From positions 163,597 through 227,596 of the forward strand of contig NMRA01000416.1 of assembly GCA_002633005.1 (NCBI GenBank): a stretch of 64,000 nucleotides of DNA, written 5' to 3'. Below, piece after piece: positions 26,068 through 40,415 of this stretch. This DNA is from Phoronis australis. Lineage: Eukaryota; Animalia; Phoronida. A model generated the notes under the pieces. It did not search any database. It worked only from the letters and a program-made list of their open reading frames with translations, and was not told the origin of the DNA. How positions within the stretch are numbered: the stretch's first letter is position 1; the number at the start of each line of letters is the position of its first letter. The translations under genes were made by a program, and so were the position numbers.

Positions 26068-26315
26068 CTTCAAGAGAAAATATACCAAGTGGTTAAGTCA
26101 AAGCTGAAATTAAGTAATTTAAATTACAAAATCAGATCCCCACTCATCACCCATCTCAACTATTTACACCCTTTTACAGCCAGCCTCTTTTCCTAAAGAT
26201 TACTATATATACCCACATCTTTCTAAAGTTGCGAAGCAGCTAGATTTCCCCTAACTACTGATTTTTCTATTATCATCAGTTATGTATGCAAATCAACATA
26301 GCAGTCACCAGTCAC

Positions 26316-26550
26316 CTGTCCAGCACTGTCAAAGGGAACATGGAACGAGCCTCGCGCATTGCTGCCTTATCATTCCATGACATCGACCTCGGGTCAAGCA
26401 CATACAGTTCATTGCTTAAGACGGAGGTACCAGTACTACCGTAGGTACTAGTGCTACCGGTAGGACCAAACGCGATTGCTTGTGCTTTTTTGGCAAGCAG
26501 GGTAAGACCACCAGCAACATAGATCAAGTTATCACCAGACACTGCACAAG
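26316..26550 (-). CDS. Kelch-like gene, coding exon 2 (kelch blades 1-2)
   Basis: Acceptor tgttgcAG at 26552-26551 and donor AG|GTGAC at 26315. Phase 1 in, phase 2 out. The join reads MPACAVSGDNLIYVAGG...LYVLDPRSMSWNDKAAMREARSMFPLTVLDR, with the kelch GG/Y/W pattern. Confidence 0.88.
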
Positions 26551-27851
26551 CTGCAACAGAACATAAACTTGTAATTCAATTTGGCAGTTAGCGTTCTTTA
26601 AAAGGCACTGAAACTCAATTTTTTGTCTTAACATTATTTTCTCTAAATAAACATGGTCAAAGGTGCTGTGTTCTCTTTCACCATCTTCCAGATTTGCTGC
26701 CTCGGAGGAAAGTGGCACGGTGTGATCAGTTGTACCAGGGACGTAGCTTAATTTACCTGGTAATCACTTCCTGGTTGAAATACTAACAGCAGTTACTTGC
26801 TTAACCACATCTATGTTGCATTATAAGAAAACTGACTTCTTCATAAACATGCACCTATGTAAAAGCAAACATAAATTAAGTTAATTAAACCGAGTGAATG
26901 TGAGTGTGAATGAAAGTCCTCTCCCTTCCCTTTTCCCTCCCCTTTTATAGTAATCTCTGCTAATTATCCGCCTAATCTTTATGCGTTATTTTCCAGATAT
27001 TCATTTGTTCTATATGTATGAAGAATTGTTCTTTAGTATGTTGTAAAGATGTGTAGCTGGGGCCACCCAACCCCAGCCGTATCTACTAATCACTAATGAT
27101 ATACTTTCTGGGTGAACAACGTATAAAAATTTTCAAAAAGCAGTTAAATTTTTGTCAGTGACAATGCTAGGTATATGCTATGCACTGCATTCCACTAAGA
27201 TCTTTATATTGAGTAAACTGAAGACAACAGAAACTCCTACTAGCAAATCTTAAATTAGCTGCTTAACCTACCATCTTTGAAAGAAATGCCACTTTGAGGT
27301 GAAACCAAATATCCTGTATTAGGAGTACTCCCAACTACCAAATTGCAGTTAACTTTGAATAGACTTTTTAACAGGAGTCCATAATTGAATGAAAAATCAT
27401 GGGTTTCCAAGACTAAATGATGCTACTAAAACTTACTGTGTGGCACCATTAAAATTCATATCTGAATAAATGTCATGGTACTGACAAGCCTGTACATACT
27501 ATTTATGGTGTAAAATTTGACCAAAATTCAATCAAATCAAAATTAAATGAGCTAAGAGCAACAATAAGTGAATCTATAAGTACATCAGGGATGTCGAAAT
27601 CAGAAGGCGGGGTCCCAGCAATAATTTCAGATGGAAACACATTCGTGTTACAGCCAAAAATAGCATTTGTTTTTTCTAAATTCGTTCTCCCTAAATGCGA
27701 TTACGAGCTATTTCAGACAGACAATGAACACAAGAGCCCATATCAAAATATATTAAGCTTATGGTTTGATGTCTTACATACGATGTACATAATGTACACA
27801 CAGATAATCCCTTTAATTACAATCTTTAGTAACCAAAAGAATAAAATATAC

Positions 27852-28809
27852 CTGGCATAGTGGAATTATTCGGTAAGTGACAAACCCTTGAAACAGAGTT
27901 ATTATCAAAATCCAACTCTTCAACGACCGAGACCTTCTTTTCCTTGCTGCAGGTAAAAATCAGGACAACACGCCTATAGGACATTCCTTGGCGAGGCATG
28001 AAGTTCAAATCCACCTCCAGGTGACGACTCTTTAGTATGTGATAATAGTGCACCATATGCAGAACTTTCTTCAGAGCAACACATTCACTGACTAAAAAAT
28101 TCATTTCCACTTTGTCCCAAAAGTAGTATGGGTTGATATTAACGAATCGCACATTGCTCATAACTTCAAAGACTTTGTTCTTTCTGGAGGTAAGGTCGTA
28201 GTTAAGCCATCTCAGGCCCGCTTCATAGACTTGCTTTTCATCAGACACCTTAAGCCAATCATCAGCCAAAATTTTGGTTATTTTGTCAACAGGTAACTCC
28301 AGAAATTCTTGCTCACAACACACTAGCACAAACTGGTCCTGGATAAGCTTCTTAGATTTCTTAGCCAAAGTGCTGCACATGTGGGCGCAGGCGAAGAAAT
28401 AGAAGCCAATGCAGTTGGTCACCTTCAAACCTTTCATCATGAACTTAGCACATGCATTGCGTAATGAAATCAACTGGAACATATTTGATGCAGACAACAA
28501 ATCCTGAACTGTATCCACACTAATCATAACCTCTCTTTTGTAAATGAAGTCGAGAACAAGTTCAAGGGTAACAGATGAAATACACTTGAGTTCAACTTCA
28601 TCCTGTTGACTCTCAGACATGTTGGATGAAAACATGCCCATGAAATAAGGACTCGACACTGCCAGCATCATCTTATGACATGGAAATTTCTTGTTTTCAA
28701 CACACAAAATAATGTCAGTGAAGCAATCCTCCTCGTACAATTTGGCAAATCCTTCAAGGACTTGTGAACCACTATCTTCATCCTCAAAACACCAATCATC
28801 AATTTCCAT
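27852..28809 (-). CDS. Kelch-like (BTB-BACK-Kelch) protein, first coding exon encoding BTB and BACK domains
   Basis: ORF 27826..28809 has a BTB signature (DIILCVENKKFPCHKMMLAVSSPYFMGMFSSNMSES) and a BACK signature (NCIGFYFFA...EQEFLELP...LKVSDEKQVYEAGLRWLNYD...VRF). Phase-1 donor CCAG|GTATAT at 27852/27851. An upstream acceptor (ccAG at 28831-28830) implies a 5' UTR exon that was not located. Confidence 0.93.
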
Positions 28810-29061
28810 AGTGTTCTTACAGTTGGTGACTGGGACAGCACGGCAAAATATTTTTCAAGTCAGGAATCAAAAATGATGGGAAAGGCAAATCTTTTCATTT
28901 TTATACCTAAAAAGAAAATAATGATTCAACAGTTGCATCATCTGTTCATGACTTACAAGTGATTAACACTCCTCCCCAACTCTCTCGGGGAAAGTTAACT
29001 TGAAACATGCACGGTAAGACGAAGCACTGTGATGATGTCCATAAGAAAAAAAACCACTTAA

Positions 29062-30698
29062 AGGAGCATGTCACCCAAAAAGCAACCTAATTTGTATCAA
29101 TTTAGATCGAGTAGTTCTACTCCATAATGACACGTACGGTTGCATTACCTGACAGGGAGGTGTTGAAATCATCCAATGACGTCATCGGTTTCACACGCAG
29201 TCTGTTCAGAAGTTCGCAACACGGGTTACTGGTGTCAGCTTATCGCATGAAATCATCGTTTAACACCAATAAATCATCAAACTTCGATGTAAAACACTTG
29301 AAAATACACCGAGTTCTTATAAAAACATGTTGTTTTATGTCGCTCTTACGAATTTATTGGTATTTGGACACACCGTAGCCTACAAAGTTCGGCAGCCAAT
29401 AAGGTCCGTAGCAGGAGTTTGGGGTGTGTTCGGAGATAATTCTGAAGTATTTTCCGTGAGATACATACAGGAGAACCTAGATCTGTGTTGTTTAGACTTG
29501 TGATTTTTTTAGCTCTAAACACAAAACGCTTGTTATCCGGACCAGTGGCTCGGAGCCCTATCAGGCCCGTCGCGGCCGGCCAGATTGATTCGTTATCACG
29601 GCCAGTGGCTCGGAAACTGATCAGATATCACGAACATAAACCAGCCAATGTTCAGTGGAAACTAAACTTCCAGTCAAGAAAATACTATACTAGTGAGCCA
29701 ACGTAATGTGCACGTGATTATGTTGGTGAATTAGCCAAGAAACTGCAAATCTACTTACTCGTCGGGGACTGCGAATTGTGGTTCCGCTTTGGCCACAGCA
29801 CCGTCAGGGCAGAAGTTGTACATTGACAATCATTATTTGAGTAATGTAAAGGTAAATAAAGATTCCCCTAACACCTGGCCGTGGGATGGAAATCGAGTTG
29901 TTTCACAACAGTTTCTGCCAGCAAACACTAAATTAGCATGAGCTCACATGACCTCGGTGTCTCGTCAATTAGTTTTATTGCACCTAACCCAGTGATTTAT
30001 TCATTGCTGGCTTCTCAAATCACTTGCACTCACGAACACTCCAAAGGCATTACAAATTGCATCTAATGAGGCAGACTTTGCTACAGTCTTATATAAGTAT
30101 TGGTTAGAGTGAGAATAATTTATTTTGAAACAGAACGCTCAGTAATAAACGCCAACATGGCAACTCGCAATCCCGACTTAGGACGAGATAAAGCTCATCA
30201 GACCCGACTTCGCAGGTGGATCGTTAAGTTTTACAGGCTATCAATTCAAACAGAAATACAGTGATGAAGAAATACTAGAGAGGCGCCGTGAACAAGCTCA
30301 GACAATGGAACGTATGGAGTTCACAAGCCGGCATTCGTGAGGCACTGTCGACGTCCGCAGGCCACATACATGGAGATGTTTCACGACCTCATACTTGCTA
30401 TTTACAGCGTACATTTCATTCTTCACTACCATGAGCCACTTCCTAAGCATTGCGGACTCTCGAGGATATACCCGCTTTCCTCGCAGCTGCTTAGTTCGAA
30501 CAAGCGGGAACGATGCACAGCAGCATAGCCGCATTCACTCTGCATATGAACCACTGACGTCGCTAGCGTCGTTTCCAACCTTCCTCACAGGTTAACGCGA
30601 CATCTCTTGGCAAGGTAAGGTCGACCGTATGCGAGGCGATGTGGATATAGACCGATTAAGGCGGCAAAAAGACTAATTAAATTGGGTGGCATTCTCCT
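29062..30698 (+). mobile_element. Kolobok-like non-autonomous DNA transposon with both ends
   Basis: TTAA|AGGAGCATGTCACCCAA ... TTGGGTGGCATTCTCCT|TTAA (purine-purine start, TTAA duplication). Holds convergent relics: a plus-strand YQF-type N-terminus and a minus-strand THAP-like ORF 30298..30534 (CCC..YPRESAMLRKWL..VK..HVC). Confidence 0.78.
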
Positions 30699-31419
30699 TT
30701 AACCATATCTAAACAGACTGCTTTTAAAACTACAGTTCATGATTACATTAACCAGTGAATATAATCGGACAGGTCGAGATGGGTGAAGCAAAGGCGATGT
30801 CATGCCAGAAATGAACTTTGCAGACGCCTCATGATGCTCAAGCAATTCATGGTTTATGTGTTATTGTTTAGGTATCATAACTATTTGTTTGGCACATATT
30901 TTCTGGGTTGGTGAACTGCAAAGATGAAGACATGTGTACTGAAAAAATCGCTATTTTCCAATCTTAGTCATTGAAGCTAAAAATGTCGGTGCGCCTGAAA
31001 GTACACCGGAGTTATTATATATTATTTTCGGTGAAAAGGTGGCGCCAAGGTCGATGGTAAATCCGGTCGAATGGCATTTTAAGTACCGACAGCTGATGAT
31101 TAATCTTGTCTACAACAGGTGGTTAGTATGGACATTAATCCAGATTTGAGAAAAATTTAGGTCATTCCCCGCATATACTGAGTAATGATTGCAGTTAAGT
31201 GACCTTACGTCATGTTGTCTTTATAAAAAGTACACTACACTCTGTGCGCCTTTGTTTTTTGAGCTTGTACATGTGCAGCTGCGCCTGTCCGGAATTAAGC
31301 GCGTGTCTAAATGTCAAACAATTAAGTGAAAAGGTCAACCTCAAGACAAAAAATAAATATTATGACTACCGTATACTAAAATTTTTGGTCTCATGTGAAA
31401 GCCCAGTCCCTCTAATTTC

Positions 31420-33997
31420 AGGATCAATTATTTTACTATCCTATAACTTTCAATTGTTTGCCTAAATGGCCCCATTTTTGGGGTCACTTGACTCTAAAAT
31501 TTAGCTCAATTATCATGTGTATTGCTCAGTTATTGCCGTAAATAAGCCAATTACAGGTATTTCACGACATTATCAAATTTTGATATCACATAAAGCCCAA
31601 ATTTGATAAAAAATAACATTTTAACTTTGGCACATAATTGACCTCTTGGGGTCAAAGGCCAACTTATGGATATCATGGTGCCATACGTCTGTCACAAGAA
31701 GTGCTAAAAAGTTTAGTTACGTTAAAAATTTTAATTCAATATTAAAATAATTTCAGGTTCTCAATACTAATGACCAAAATTTTAGATCACAGGGATTGTT
31801 CGTTAAGTCAGAAATTGCGAGACAGATGTATGGGAAATTTGAACGTCTGTCATGTACGTCAGTCACACCCCTGAAATTACAATTTTTCAGGCAATAAAAA
31901 TAACCGTAGGTCCTAATTTTACTTTCTAAATGTGCTGAAGACAAAATGTATCTCACATCTGAGAACCTTGAAACGATTAAATATTACAACCACAGCTTTA
32001 AAATTAAGCAATCAAAGTTGTTACAGATCAACTTGATGCATTGGTCTTTCGCAATCTCAAAAATATTTGCAGCAATGTCATCTAGTTGTTCTTAGCAGAA
32101 TTCAACTTATAAATATCAGATACTTGGACTATATTATAAAATGTAAATGAAACAAAATGTTAATTCAATGATCATATTGTTTTTCTGTTGCTGCCCCGTG
32201 TTAGACAAGAAATGCATAGCTGTTGGAAAATTCAAGAGGCACAAATATTCGTATAAAAGAATTCCTAAGGTGCTCTAGAGTAGAAGCCAGTATAACAAGA
32301 GACCTAAAGAAATATATGTCAAGTTACTGTTGCGCTGGAATCAACAAGTCATTTCTGCTCTGACCTGCTATGCAATGTTTTTTATGGTACAAAAGCAGAT
32401 ACTGGACATTTTTTAAGCGGTAGCAGCCCGTCACGTACTTTATTGACCCATTTTTGTCACACCCTAACTGACTACAGTCACTCTTTTTGTGTTTTTCAGT
32501 GTCTTCAGTGGCTTGTATGAAATGAATGCATAGCAAATAATTACACCGTCTCATCTTTCATTTTTGATCTGCAATCTTCTTAAGAATTAGACCATTTTTT
32601 TCTGCTCAGCTTCGAGGCGATTAAACCGATGTTTTGAAATGAAAGAGGAAATTGTTGGAGACCTTGGGAAAAACAGATGCATCTGGGAGAAAAGTAAATA
32701 TCTGCTGGAATATTCCCTGAATCTCGAAAAATTGCCATCATGGACCAAGAAATTCGTAATTGTACCTGTGTGAACTGTGATAAGACATTAGATAACGCCT
32801 TTCTTTAAAATTGAAAAGAAGGCATGCGTTAAAGAGCTGGAAGAAAAACTAATCATGCTAATCACTAAATAGAGACCAGGATCTCATAAGTTATATCTAC
32901 ATATTCCCAAATCATAATTCTAAGTGCACTGAATTTAAAATGTCTTGCTTTCACACTGGAAGACAGCACCGTTTTTTTTAATCCAAATATAAATGTCATT
33001 AATCGACTGTGAACTAAACCAAGCTTCACACTTTGTTATAAGATACTGAAGTCTAGTTATCAATACTTTTAAAACATTACCTTTGTTATTTACATAGGCA
33101 TGCATCAGAACCATCAAGTGACATGGATCAGAGAATAACTACAACCTTAGGGGAAGTTCTAATTAAAACAATTAATTACTATGCGTTTTTATTACAATTA
33201 TTGGTAATATTTTAAAATTTATATCGAATTTTATATTCCAACAGTCACATTTGCTTATTATTTTCAAATACCCCACTTATAACGCATAAAAACAGTTTTC
33301 CTGGTTCAGGTGTCAAATTCAAAATGATTATCACTCTCATTTCCGTCTACATTGTTTAGCATCTTCGAAGGGAAGTGAGGGTTTTAGGGAGTTATTTTAT
33401 ATCTTTAATCAAATGAATTGAAAAGTTAAAATCCTAGAGTACATTCCCAGTAATGATTTCGTGCAAAAGGTCAATCGGTACATTTTGATTTAAAAACATT
33501 GAATCAGTAGCAAAAGACTAATATAGCTTAAATACTGCAAAAGTTTGAATCGTTCTGGTCACAACAAACAATTTAACACTAGAAATTCAGAGGTTACGTC
33601 GGCCATGTACATCCATCACACGCATTCAACTTACATCGAGCTGTCTCACGAAAATTTCTTAGAACATCTCACCAAAAAATTTAGTGTTTTGTACTTTGCA
33701 AACATTGAACTAAATCATCTAAGTATATAAAACAAAAAATTGTAACCAAATGCAACTCACGGAAAATAAATGCTACATTTTTCAAAATTTCAAATTCTCT
33801 GCGTACATCCGTCACACCCCTTTAAAGGCAATTTTCTCAGTCAGATTAAAAGATAGGGGGAAAGTTGATACAGACTTTGAAAGCTATCAATGAGGCCTAT
33901 CGATTGATGTATTAATCATTTTTCTAGGATGCACATTTTTTCACAATTGATCAAAATGAGTTCTATGGTTGTACGTCCGTCACAAATGGAATTGCCC
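31420..33997 (+). repeat. ~2.6 kb dispersed repeat ending CACAAATGGAATTGCC (probable non-autonomous DNA transposon), uninterrupted copy
   Basis: Colinear with 36350-37569 plus 44478-45897. Internal GTACGTCCGTCAC motifs. Left boundary uncertain. Confidence 0.75.
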
Positions 33998-34274
33998 ATT
34001 AAAAGGGCACTGTAGTATATATAATGCAGCAGTTAACAGATTGTAATATGAAACAATCTCACATTTGCCCGATTCGCGAGTTGCGCACTATAAACAAAAT
34101 CTTATTCATAAATTATCAAAAGACTGGAATCCTGACAGCGATCGTTAGGATATGCTAATAAGACTGATAAGGCAGAGACGTGGCTAGTGTGGCCTCGACT
34201 ACTTATCACATCATAGACTATATACTATATGATCACATATATTGCCATTTCATATTGTGAAGAGTTACATCTTA

Positions 34275-34625
34275 CAGTGGCGGATCTAGGATATCACAAG
34301 GGGGGCAACATTTTGTCTGTAAACATTTGCGCAAAGCACGATTGTAGATGCGCATAGCACCGAATGGGGGAAGGTCGAGAGGGGGGGAAACCCCCATTCC
34401 GCCAGGAAAACTTTTCTGTTCTTTCCTCTAAAAATCAAGCATTTCCTTGATTCCTGAAGTATTTTCCAAGAGAAAAGGCAAAGAAAAAAAAAGAAGAAAA
34501 AAAAAAAAACGGAGAACGTGTCAAACTTGAAAAACTGCAATTACCACGGACTCGAATTCACGACCTGGCGGAGAGAGAGCGCGTGATTTACCAATGTACC
34601 ACCGCGATTTCACTCGTAATTTAGG
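34275..34625 (+). mobile_element. Partial copy of the CAGTGGCGGATCTAGG element with tRNA-like segment
   Basis: Colinear with 7350-7660. Confidence 0.7.
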
Positions 34626-35736
34626 ATCAGGAAATATTTTTTATTGTTGTCTTGCAACCTTTTGTTGGCGATCACGGGTCATAAACCAACTGTGTATCTG
34701 GCATTACAGTAAACAAACTTGCCTTGGTAAGCACAACAGAAACAATGACATCGTATTTTGCTAATATTTATCGTATTTTTCCGGAACAAACGACCATAAC
34801 AAAAAAAATTTTCGGAGAATTCAATTTCGGAAGCTAATTTGATAGAAAAAACATCTATTTTAGTTCACATTGTGGTGGAAGGAAGTAAAAGCACGAATTT
34901 ATTTGCGAGCAGGTTGACACATTTTGCCAGTGCGACAGCAAAAGATCGCCTTTGAGAAGAGTGAGCCAATAGTAAGTGGCGGCATAGTAATGTGTTTTAA
35001 ACAGCTTAAAAATATCATTGTTCCTGTGTCAAACCTGTCTGAAATAGTGGTGGTAACAACAGATCAAACACTTTTGTTGTTGTCATCAAAAATACTCTTG
35101 TAGCCCCGGCCGAGCCAGATACCACCCCATCGTGATTTGAGGTCATTTTCCTTGTAATATGACGTTGGATTCGTGAAATGTAACAATGGTGCATTTCTCC
35201 CATGTGCATTCGACGTAAAAGGTAACAACTTGTCACATTTTAGGAGAGACGTACCAACGTAAAATGTAACAAGATTGTAATGAAATTGCTACATTTTACG
35301 GCATATCAGTGGGGTTCGGTTGATAATCCAACATGAACAGCTAAATAACGGCGAAATGAGACTTGAACACCTTCAATTTGTACTTTACAAAACTGGAAGC
35401 GTTGACGAGTATTCGTCTCTCTCTATTCAATTTTCTTAGAAAAAAGTTATTGTTTCAGTTACAGATGCGCGGGTCTAAATACGCGCAAATATTAAATTAC
35501 AATGAATTCATGGCTTAAACAACAGAAAGAATACGAACCCCGACGTACAACGAAGATTTGGTTATCGGTCCCGAAATTTGGCTGGCAACGCTTAAATTGT
35601 AATTGCAGACTTCACAGACGAGAGTTCTCTGCTTACGCCTATCTTCGACGATGAACAGTTCACTACTGAGTTATCGGGTTTCCTTTGGGCGCGGTAAACA
35701 GACGATTCTGTAACCTCAAAACCATTTGCGCTCATT

Positions 35737-36345
35737 TAGTGTCGGATCTAGGATATCACAAGGAGGGGCAACATTTTGGCCGGCTGTAAGCATTTGCGCA
35801 AACTGAACCACGATTGTAGATGCGCATAGCACCGAATGGGGGGAGGTCGGGAGGGGGTTTACCTCTAAAAATCAAGCATTTTCGTTGATTCCCGAAGTAT
35901 TATCCAAGAAAAAAGCCAAACAGAAAACAAAAAAAACGGAGAAAGTGTCAAACAGGAAAAACTGCAAGTACCAAAGACTCGAACTCACGACCTGGCGGGT
36001 AGAGCTCGCGTGCGTTACCACTTCACCATCACGATTTAACTACTAATCTCATACTAAGAGACCTACTTGTTTGTGGTCCACAGCGTTTGCGCGCGAAACC
36101 TACTTCTTTTTGTAATGCTTATTACACGTTTTATATTTTGTGCCATCAATTTTTAACAAACTTGTCGTATTTAAAATAGTCTTCAAATGCCCAAAAGACC
36201 AAATCCGTTTTTCGTGTTGGCAATAATGACGGGGTTGCTTTGGAAATCGTCTTCAGATAAGGTTTGACAAAGAGAGTATTGCGAGTTTCTGAGTGATTCA
36301 CTAAGGCTTCGATTAAAATTCACATCTTACCAGCACCTTCTGTTT
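35737..36345 (+). mobile_element. Partial copy of the CAGTGGCGGATCTAGG element with tRNA-like segment
   Basis: Colinear with 7350-7945. Confidence 0.75.
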
Positions 36346-39269
36346 TTTTTCAAGACCCATAATTGACTGTCCTGTATCTTTCCATTTTTTGCCTAAATAG
36401 ACCCATTTTTGGGGGTCACTTGACACTAAAAAATTCAAGTGTTTTGCTGTTATTGTCACAACAAAGCTAATTATGGGGTTTTTACTATACTATCAAATTT
36501 GTGCAATCACATGAACCCTAAACTTAGAAAAAATAAAATTTCAACTTTTGCACATCACTGACCTCTTGGGGTGAAAGTTCAACTCCTGGACATCATGGTG
36601 CTGCATGTACATCCATCACAAAAGTGTAAAAAAGCTTAGTTACGTTAAAAGTTTTTGATCAAAATTAAAATAATTTCAGATTCTCTTTTAACAAGTTCCC
36701 CAATACTATTGACCAAAATTTTGGATCGCAGGGATCATTTATTTAGTCAGAAATTGTGTGACAGACGTACAGCAAACTTGTACGTCCGTCACGTACGTCC
36801 GTCACGTACGTCCGTCACGTACGTCCGTCACACCCATGAAATTGCAATTTTCAGCCAATAGTAATAATAACCTTAGGTCATATTTTTACTTGCAGGATAA
36901 AATGTATCTCACAACTAAGAGCCTTAAAATGATAAAATGTTTTTAAGGCAGCTTTAAAATTAAGTGAAGAAGTTGTTACAGATTTTAACTAAATGCACTG
37001 TTTTTTCAATTTCAAAAGTATTTGCAGAAAAGATATAGTTTACGTTTGTCGTCTACTTATTCTTATTAGAATTCACCTTATCACCTTATTAAAATCAAAC
37101 AGTTGGACCACATTATAAACTGTAAATAAAACAAAATGTTAATTTAATGAACTGATTGTTTTTCTGTTTGGTGCCCCTGTCAGTACAGAAATGCTTAGCT
37201 TTTGGGAAATTCAAGATGCAAAAATATTCTTACAAAAGAAATCCTAAGGTGCTCTAGAGTATACGAAAATAACAAGAGACCTAAAGGAATACATGTCAAG
37301 TTGCTATTGCACTGGAAGCAACATGACATTTCTGCTCCGACCTGCCATGTTGTGTTTTGTGTTGAAAAAGCCGATACCGGGCATTTTCAAGAGGTAGGAA
37401 TCTGTCACATACTTTATTAAGCATTTTTGTCACAACCTCACTCAGGCTGTAGGCACTCTTTTTGAGTTTTTCAGTGTATTGGGTCATCGGGTGGCTTGTA
37501 TGAAATTATTTCATAGCAAATGATTACAATGTCTCATCTTACATATTTTTGGTCCTTCAATCTTCTTAAGAGCATGTGATCGCGAATGGACCAGGCAGAG
37601 GGTGATAAACGCTATGTCACAGATTCTCTTTATATATTGTCTGTGAGATGACACTGGCTCCACTGACTCCAGACCACTTTTATTTTTTTTTTCAAAACGC
37701 CCCCTTTTGGTTTCCATGGATACTATTTGTTTCCGGCAAGTTTTCAACCTGGCGGCAGTTAAGTTTTAGTAAAATTCCAACAGTTACGTTACGCAGTGGA
37801 AGTAACGTTGAAATATTGAACCTGTGTTATTGATCAGGTGTGACCTTCGACTACTTTAGTCATGAAAATTTAAAAGATTTCGATAATTTTTTGTCTGTTT
37901 TTAGAGCCGCATAAGATGAGTACTTTTAGTGATTTTTGAAACAGTCAAAATTGGCTAAATTCGTATCTCGATATCTCAGCTGGCACAGGTTTCAGAACAT
38001 TTTAGTGCCAACCAGTGTGTTGAGCTATTTTAGGTCTACAAAATAAGACAAAAAATTTCCTGGCGCGAAGGGATTTCATGTCATTTGAAGTCAAAAATGA
38101 CTGGTGGTTACGCCATTTCACCACAATGAGTAATGCCGACAAACGTCAACAAAAAGTGAACATTTGTTAATAGTTGGCCAGCAAACGGCGAATCAATTTA
38201 TCATTCATCAAATTTCGTATTTTTTAGGCACCGAGGGTACACTACTTTATTTCTAAAAAGTGCTCATAGTCATGGAATTATGATACTTACTACGCAGATA
38301 GCAGTAGTTTTGGCAGGACACCTTTTGCGAGAGTCGAAATTCAAATCTCACTGGTTTCACAAAGCTCAGTAATCTTATTTGCACGGCTAAAAACAAAAAA
38401 AAAAAACGCCGACAAATCATTTTCATAACATTTTCCTTCAAAAATCGTGTTGCCCTCTCCCCACTTGCGACGTTCCAAATCTTACAGTGTTGTATGAACA
38501 AGATCATTTATTTATGGTTTTATCTGTGATTGTCGTGTTTACAAAGATGCTTACTGTGGGTTAGCTGTGGAGTGTGTCTGATTTCTTTAAGAATCTTCAA
38601 GTGGTTTTGATGCATTGGCAATTACAGGCAAGGCAAATGCAAAACCACTGGTCAGAGTCATTCCGTGGACGTTATATAGCCGCCAATGTCACAATAACTT
38701 CACTTTTGAAGTGGTATGGCTGGCTAATGTCATCATTTTGTTATCTGCGCGCATTTTGCTGTGATTGACACAAGTGAAAAATGGGAGACTTCCGAGTAGC
38801 AATGGGGGCTGACAACATAGAACCAGCTACCAGTGAGAAGATACTTCACCTGCGCAGTGGGAGGCACAGAGGAACGTACTTGAATAAGTGTGTGTAACTA
38901 GTTGTGAGAAGTCTAAAGAGTGAATTCATATTACTTCGCAGTCCTGCAGAGGACAAAGGTACTTGTATCCTGTTCCAGGTTATCAGCTGTTACTTGACTA
39001 TATAAATGCCTCATGTTGGAAGCATGATCCACTGCAGAGGTCATGTGAAAGAAGTGAGGATGATAAAGGCTGCTTTCAGCATAAAGTCCATAAGTACACG
39101 ACAAGTATTGTATTGTAGCTCATGTTTTTCCATGACTTCTCAGCAGACAATATACAGCATATAAACTTTAAAGCTCAGTTCAAAACATAACTTCATGCAC
39201 ATTGGGTTCTAACTGCTAATTAGTCTTTGAGGTGCTTTAATAGCAAGACTACCAACTTTCTAAGGCAAA

Positions 39270-39820
39270 ATCACATCAGAGATATCTAAATGTGGTATTT
39301 GATCTAAGTGCTAATGGACTGGCTCAAATAGGAGACTCCTATGTTAGTTGTTCAAAATACAGGTGATCTCGCTTACATGTACCTCCTCATCCCATACGTA
39401 ACTCCCCAGTCTGTATATACAATGTTGGACCTGACTTTAAAGTCAAAAGTGACATTTAATGTGACCAGAATCTGGTTTAACACTCATTGCCTGGTTAATT
39501 TATACAAACTACCACGGAAAACACGAGATGTCTAAATGTGTTAAAAGATCTAAATACCAGTGAATTGGCTCAAACATGACACTACTGATGTTAACAATTC
39601 AGAATACAGGTGACCTCCTTTAACTCATCACATACCGTACAAATAGCTCTCATTCTGCAAAAACAATGTTGGAACAGATTAAAGTCAAAATGATATTCAA
39701 TGTGACTGTAATCTGGTTTAATTAACACTGGTCATCCAGTTAAGTGGTACAAAGTAGCATGGAAAAACGAGATATGCAAATGTGTTCTTTGATCTAAATG
39801 CCAGTGAATTGGTTCAAGTA
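39270..39820. repeat. Degenerate tandem repeat, period ~245 bp
   Basis: GAGAT.T..AAATGTG....GATCTAA.T.C.A.TG.A.TGG.TCAA recurs at ~39280, ~39527 and ~39770. Confidence 0.65.
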
Positions 39821-40169
39821 TGCCTAAGTCACTACCTTTCCTTAAGCTTGTACATAAGTTAACACTCAGATAAGGCTTCTCTTTTTAGTTAAGAGAAACT
39901 GAGTGTAATATGAATTTGAAAGATGAAAACTGAAATACTAGCATCTTTAAATAAATGGGACAGCAAAGTTTCAACCAGAACACTGACTAAACATCCTAAA
40001 TTTTACTGACAAGATCACAGCAAGTGTTGCTATATTGCGTTTTACATTTATCTCAGTTTCTACAATATCACATCAATAACAACTGGTTAAATCACTCAGA
40101 CAACCCAACAGATTGTATAATGTTCGAACAAAGATGAAATCCGGAGTATTACTGGACATCACTGACTGT

Positions 40170-40415
40170 CAAGTTCATTATCTCCCTCATTTGACCATTT
40201 TCCAGCGCAGTTCAAGGCAGCCAAGCGTGAAAAGAAACCTTTATCATGTTGTAATGTCAGCCAGCCTTCCTCCCGAAACTGCTCATCCGTCTTCATCGCC
40301 TGTGCAGTTTTTGCGGGGTCTGCTTTGTTGCTCTACTTTCTGAAAAACGACAGGCAGGTTGTAACACTCTCGAATTATACACTTTTTGCAGAACTTTGCA
40401 GAGCCCAGCCACTAC
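40170..40415 (-). pseudogene. Sola3 transposase C-terminal relic
   Basis: Minus-strand translations GWALQSSAKS and KADPAKTAQAMKTDEQFREEGWLTLQHDKGFFSRLAA resemble DWALKSIRKA and EEWLSEQQIAGFFSRMVAA of the first Sola3 element. Confidence 0.7.

Noticed and set aside
27437-27461. 25-nt candidate micro-exon of the kelch gene (ttcAG ... GTAAGT)
   Set aside because: It would shift the frame, and the flanking exons already join in phase 1 to give a good kelch blade. It could only be a poison exon, for which there is no evidence.
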